NCBI GenBank assembly: GCA_041500405.1
Contig: JBGQMB010000027.1
Coordinates: forward strand, 1-11,722
Origin: Candidatus Micrarchaeia archaeon
Lineage (GTDB): Archaea > Micrarchaeota > Micrarchaeia > Anstonellales > J096
Direction of reading: 5' to 3'
Length of the DNA: 11,722 bases
In this document: piece by piece, positions 8,253 through 11,722 of the stretch
How the letters are laid out: every line of letters begins with the position of its first letter
How positions within the stretch are numbered: the stretch's first letter is position 1
The notes under the pieces: generated by a model
The model's input: only the letters and a program-made list of their open reading frames with translations
Told to the model about the DNA's origin: nothing
The model's database searches: none
Made by a program: the position numbers and the translations under genes

Positions 8253-8260
8253 TTTTTTAA
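8253..8260. promoter_or_regulatory. Shared bidirectional TATA element for mscS and acyP
   Basis: TTTTTTAA lies 23 nt from both the mscS ATG (8230) and the acyP ATG (8283). Confidence 0.5.
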
Positions 8261-8282
8261 TCCTTTCATTTATTGCATTTAC

Positions 8283-8558
8283 ATGGAGATCAGGGCATTG
8301 GCAAAGGGAAGGGTGCAGGGCGTCAACTTCAGGTCCTACGTCAAGTCGCTTGCCGACGCCATGCGGCTCAGCGGATACGCGAAAAACCTTGGGAACGGCG
8401 ACGTTGAAATCGTGGTCAACGGAAACGAGGACATGGTTGCGGAGTTTTTGGAAATGATAAAGAACAAGCGCGATGATTTAGGGATACGCGTGGACTCATT
8501 GTCCTGGAAGGAAAAGAAGGAAGAAAAGCACAGCGGGTTTTCAACGCTTGGCGATTAA
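8283..8558 (+). CDS. acyP: Acylphosphatase
   Basis: GRVQGVNFR, GYAKNLGNGDVEIVVNG; 91 aa from the ATG at 8283. Confidence 0.95.
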   Translation: MEIRALAKGRVQGVNFRSYVKSLADAMRLSGYAKNLGNGDVEIVVNGNEDMVAEFLEMIKNKRDDLGIRVDSLSWKEKKEEKHSGFSTLGD

Positions 8559-8899
8559 AGGAGCTTCAGTTTCCCTATTATCTTGTCTACCTTTGATTCA
8601 GCGTCAGGCCCGATGCCTATGCAAGTCATTGTTCCTGGCTCTATCTGCGTAAGCCCCGCGTCGCTTATGCTGACGCAGGTCAGGCCCTCCCTCTTCGCCT
8701 TTTCGAAAATTTCCATAAGCTGGTCAAGATTGTCGCATTTCAGGACAACCTTCCTTGCGCCCTCCAGCCTCCACTGCTCCCTGGTTTCCTTGTCCGACTT
8801 CACATAAGCTTCCAGGGATGCGTGGGAAACCTGGGCGCAGGTCTTTCCCCTGCCCATGTCAATGTCCTTCCTTACGACGATGGCCTGCTTGTATTCCAT
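8555..8899 (-). CDS. pth2: Peptidyl-tRNA hydrolase Pth2
   Basis: KQAIVVRKDIDMGRGKTCAQVSHAS, KVVLK, DAGLTQIEPGTMTCIGIGP and LKLL end. The SD AGGTGA contains the truD TGA stop. Confidence 0.97.
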   Translation of the reverse strand: MEYKQAIVVRKDIDMGRGKTCAQVSHASLEAYVKSDKETREQWRLEGARKVVLKCDNLDQLMEIFEKAKREGLTCVSISDAGLTQIEPGTMTCIGIGPDAESKVDKIIGKLKLL

Positions 8900-8903
8900 T
8901 GTT

Positions 8904-10094
8904 TCACCTTTTCATGAACTCCCTTAAAAGGCTTGTGGCATAGCATCCTGCGCCGAGCCTGAAGCTTGCCCATTCGCCGTCTTCCCTGAAGTCCAGATAA
9001 GGCGCAAGCATCGCCCTTTTGTCGCCCTTGCACGTCATCTCAGGCATGCTTTTGTTCCTGAATTCCTCCTTTGCTATGCCCAGGGCGTTCAGCATGTTAT
9101 TTTCCCTTTCCGTTGTTTCGGAGTTGTGCCCTATCACGTTTATGACCGTTGGGCCGTTGCCCTTGTTTTCCTCATCCAGGAAACCAAACTCATCTGCTGC
9201 AGCGCCGCATTCCCCTCCTTCAGGCTCCAGCGCGCCCTGCTTTATCCTTTCCGAAACCTCAAGGTTGAACATGAAGGACTGGAGCGCGTGTATGAACAGT
9301 ATCCTCGTGAATTTCGGAAGCATCCTCATTGCGTTGATGAAGTCGTTCGGCTTGTCCTTTAGGTGCTCCAGCATAAGCATCTCGTGCGTCCTGTATCTTG
9401 GGAAGTTCATGAACGCCTTCGCAAAATCCCTTGTCTCGGCCAGCTCCTTCCTTGCGTCAACAGTCCTTTGGTCATACTCGTTTCCAGTGTCGGTCAAATA
9501 CATCATTGCCGCTGACTCGTAGTCTCCCTTGAGTATCAAATATCCTATTTTGTGGTTGCACATCCTTGCGCTCCCGAACCTCTGCTCGCCGAAGTAGTTC
9601 GGGAAAAGGCCGTTAAGCTGTTTTTCTATGGCGCCAAGGTCGCCTTCTTTGTTGCCTATCCTTATCCTGAACTGGTTTCCCTTAAGGTCCCCAAGCCTCA
9701 ATCCCTCGGCGGCTTTCCTTGGGTTTATCACTTCTATGTCCTCTGCCCTTATGTTGTTCAGCCTTTCCGGCTGCATGGCGAATATGGAGATCAGCTGCGT
9801 GGTTATGGCTTTCCTGTCCTTCATGCCGGCATATCCGAACCTCCTTGCCGTTATATGGAGATATTTTGCAAGCCTTTTCACGGCCATGTCCGTGGCATAG
9901 TCCTTCTTTTTGAGCACAAAAACAGAGAATTTTCCCTCGGTTTCGTCAGGAACGTAGTTTTCGTCAACAACCCTTCCTTTTGCGTCTATCTCGTTGACAA
10001 TGAAGTCCTCTAATTTCTCCTTTATGGAGCCCTTAACCTGGCCCTTGCTAAGATAAGCGAAATCGAAGTTATCAAGCTCCCTTGGGATTTCCAC
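8904..10094 (-). CDS. truD: tRNA pseudouridine(13) synthase TruD
   Basis: EDFIVNE, YAGMKDRKAITTQ (catalytic Asp), GDLKGNQFRI, PNYFGEQRFG, HALQSFMFN and FRLGAGCYATSLLRE. GTG start. Confidence 0.97.
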   Translation of the reverse strand: MEIPRELDNFDFAYLSKGQVKGSIKEKLEDFIVNEIDAKGRVVDENYVPDETEGKFSVFVLKKKDYATDMAVKRLAKYLHITARRFGYAGMKDRKAITTQLISIFAMQPERLNNIRAEDIEVINPRKAAEGLRLGDLKGNQFRIRIGNKEGDLGAIEKQLNGLFPNYFGEQRFGSARMCNHKIGYLILKGDYESAAMMYLTDTGNEYDQRTVDARKELAETRDFAKAFMNFPRYRTHEMLMLEHLKDKPNDFINAMRMLPKFTRILFIHALQSFMFNLEVSERIKQGALEPEGGECGAAADEFGFLDEENKGNGPTVINVIGHNSETTERENNMLNALGIAKEEFRNKSMPEMTCKGDKRAMLAPYLDFREDGEWASFRLGAGCYATSLLREFMKR

Positions 10095-10116
10095 GGTCTG
10101 CTATGCCAGTAAAGGG

Positions 10117-10122
10117 TTTAAA
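10117..10122 (-). promoter_or_regulatory. TATA box for truD-pth2
   Basis: TTTAAA ending 23 nt before the GTG at 10094. Confidence 0.55.
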
Positions 10123-10131
10123 TGTCGTATC

Positions 10132-10935
10132 CTAGGGCTCTGCTGCCTTTACATCTACCTTTGAAATTATACACCCGCGTATTCCCTCAAATTTGAATTG
10201 ACTGCTGCTACGCAGGCTGTCTCTCACTTTGTCGAGCCTTTGTATGCATTGCATGTATATGCCCCCGGTTTTTCTCCATTCTTTCTCCCACCTTTTTATT
10301 TCAGCGAGCTTTTCGCGTGCCTCCAGCCTTTTGTCAGCCCAGCCGCGCTTTTTTGCAAGGTGCAAGATTTCCCACATGGTTTGTATCGCCGCCTGATATG
10401 GGGAGAAAGACTCCCACTCCGGTTCGGCTGCCCACTGGTAAACTGCATAAGAGTCAGGGTGTTCCCTGAAAGCTCCCGCGCCGCTGATCAAGGTTTTCAA
10501 TCTCCGCATCAGCATGGAATGCATGCCGATTGCCGCCTCTTCGCTTATCACTCTTTCAAGCCTGAGCCTCCTTATGTCCCAACTGATGTGTATGGGCAAG
10601 AAATCCTTGTGCCACATGTTTTTCACAATGTCCTCTGGACCTTGCGGTTCGTCGGTCTTTTCTACCGGGCATTCCAGCTTTTCACGTATGTAGTATTCCA
10701 TGCCATCTGCTGTGAGCTCCCTCCTTGCCGCACGCGACATGATGTCAGGCCCAAAAAACCAGCCGTCGCCTCTCTTTCTTGTTTCAGCTATCTCAGCCGC
10801 ATATTTGTCCAAGACCTGCTTCCTGAGCGCGTCAGGCGCCATCTTGGAATCCCTGATTTCGGCGGCTATCCTTGCAAAAGCCCTTCCTATCGTTTTCTGG
10901 TAAATGCTCTCTTTTTGAAGCTTTTTCATTTCCAT
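10132..10935 (-). CDS. Hypothetical protein (orphan, 267 aa, charged and predicted helical)
   Basis: Long ORF filling the gap between truD and the MTase. SD GGGTGG (10942-10947) and TTATAT (10971-10976) lie upstream of the ATG at 10935. No family recognised. Confidence 0.7.
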   Translation of the reverse strand: MEMKKLQKESIYQKTIGRAFARIAAEIRDSKMAPDALRKQVLDKYAAEIAETRKRGDGWFFGPDIMSRAARRELTADGMEYYIREKLECPVEKTDEPQGPEDIVKNMWHKDFLPIHISWDIRRLRLERVISEEAAIGMHSMLMRRLKTLISGAGAFREHPDSYAVYQWAAEPEWESFSPYQAAIQTMWEILHLAKKRGWADKRLEAREKLAEIKRWEKEWRKTGGIYMQCIQRLDKVRDSLRSSSQFKFEGIRGCIISKVDVKAAEP

Positions 10936-10978
10936 ATCTATCCACCCTGCATAACATACGCGCTGCGAGAATATAAGC

Positions 10979-11048
10979 ATTATCCCTAAAATTATGTAAA
11001 ATATCCCAAAAAGTTACGTATTTGACCAAAATTATGGGATAATTTACA
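10979..11048. repeat. TATCCC direct/inverted repeat array (operator-like)
   Basis: TGTAAAATATCCCA (10995-11008) and TGGGATAATTTACA (11035-11048) form a 13/14 inverted repeat. A third copy ATTATCCC lies at 10979-10986. Confidence 0.6.
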
Positions 11049-11081
11049 ACTCTTCTGTCGCACCGCGGTCAAAACTAGCGG

Positions 11082-11087
11082 TTTTAA
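11082..11087 (+). promoter_or_regulatory. Candidate TATA box for the methyltransferase
   Basis: TTTTAA ending 24 nt before the ATG at 11111. Confidence 0.45.
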
Positions 11088-11110
11088 CAGTTTGCCTTCT
11101 AATCCTTCTG

Positions 11111-11722
11111 ATGCACATCGAAACAGACCTTTCGCTTGGCCCGCACTTCACGTTCGAGCCCAGCAAGGAACTTCCGTTCTACAGCTGGCTTTATTACAAA
11201 GAGGCATTCAGCCCAGGCCTTGTCTCCCGTTTCCTTGACGGAAAGGAGAAGATGGTTTACGATCCGTTCTGCGGGGTCGGCACAACCTTGCTCAAGTCAA
11301 AAGAGACGGGGATTTCAAGCATAGGGACAGATGCTTCCTCAATCGCGGTCTTTGCCTCAACAGTGAAAACAAGAGACTACGGCGAAGAGGATGCGGCGGA
11401 GCTGGAATCCTGGATACACACGCTAAACCTTAAAGGATACGCCGGGGTTCCCTGGAAATCCGAAATCATAAACCCGGAAAGGGCGTTTCCAAGAAGGAAC
11501 CTTGTTGACATAGTGAGGATAAGGGAGGCAATAGAGAAACTGGACAAAAAGCCAAGGGACCTTGCTTTGCTCGCGTTGATATCCGTTTTGCCGATGTCCT
11601 CATTGATAATAAAGGACGGCGGAGTGCTGAGGATGGACAATGGCAAAAAAGCGGGCATGGCTTTGGAGCTTTTCAAAAAGAAAGCCAAGCGTTTCATAAA
11701 AGACATAAGGGAAAGCCCGATA
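11111..11722 (+). CDS. Site-specific amino (N4-C/N6-A) DNA methyltransferase, 5' part, truncated by window end
   Basis: Manual translation gives an open frame of 204 codons: MHIETDLSLGPHFTFEPSKELPFYSWLYYKEAFSPGLVSRFL..VYDPFCGVGTTLL..GISSIGTDAS. It has SAM-binding motif I (DPFCGxGTT) and the W.YYKE.FS..LV N-terminus. It is absent from the ORF track because no stop lies in the window. Confidence 0.88.
   Translation, partial: MHIETDLSLGPHFTFEPSKELPFYSWLYYKEAFSPGLVSRFLDGKEKMVYDPFCGVGTTLLKSKETGISSIGTDASSIAVFASTVKTRDYGEEDAAELESWIHTLNLKGYAGVPWKSEIINPERAFPRRNLVDIVRIREAIEKLDKKPRDLALLALISVLPMSSLIIKDGGVLRMDNGKKAGMALELFKKKAKRFIKDIRESPI

Noticed and set aside
10132..10935. Orphan as the cognate restriction endonuclease
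   Set aside because: GPDIMS..E.. gives no convincing PD-(D/E)xK spacing and the protein looks all-helical. It was left as hypothetical.
10198..10989. 263-aa + strand ORF antisense to the orphan
   Set aside because: It has a non-ATG start and an F/P/H-rich composition typical of a shadow frame. The minus ORF has the SD and TATA support.
10979..11048. Possible CRISPR or mini-array
   Set aside because: The repeats are short, in mixed orientation and lack regular unique spacers. No cas genes are present.
11377..11706. 109-aa minus ORF, and the 62-aa + ORF at 11136
   Set aside because: Both overlap the real methyltransferase frame starting at 11111.

Overview
Compact archaeal chromosomal segment at about 50% GC. 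Proteasome alpha, Pth2, archaeal-type ArgRS, TruD, UMP kinase and DUF2070 point to Archaea, and a DPANN/Micrarchaeota-like source is inferred rather than proven. Gene order: AT-rich (~30% GC) DUF5658-like membrane ORF (-), argS (-), then a + strand unit of a 66-aa ORF, DUF2070, a lipoprotein and pyrH. Next come psmA (-), DUF1653 (-), mscS (-), acyP (+), pth2 (-), truD (-), an orphan (-), and an amino-type DNA methyltransferase (+) that runs off the window end and is missing from the ORF track. Most of the window is housekeeping. The most unusual signals are: (1) a glycosylation-site-rich surface lipoprotein that looks like a ComEC-type metallo-beta-lactamase (MBL) fold with no histidine at all, translationally coupled between DUF2070 and pyrH; (2) an MscS whose pore helix has lost the Gly/Ala packing motif; (3) strong GATC avoidance; (4) a TATCCC operator-like repeat array between the orphan and the methyltransferase; (5) a low-GC insert with a micro-ORF junction behind argS. 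No tRNA, rRNA, CRISPR array or IS element was recognised. All counts and alignments were done by eye.
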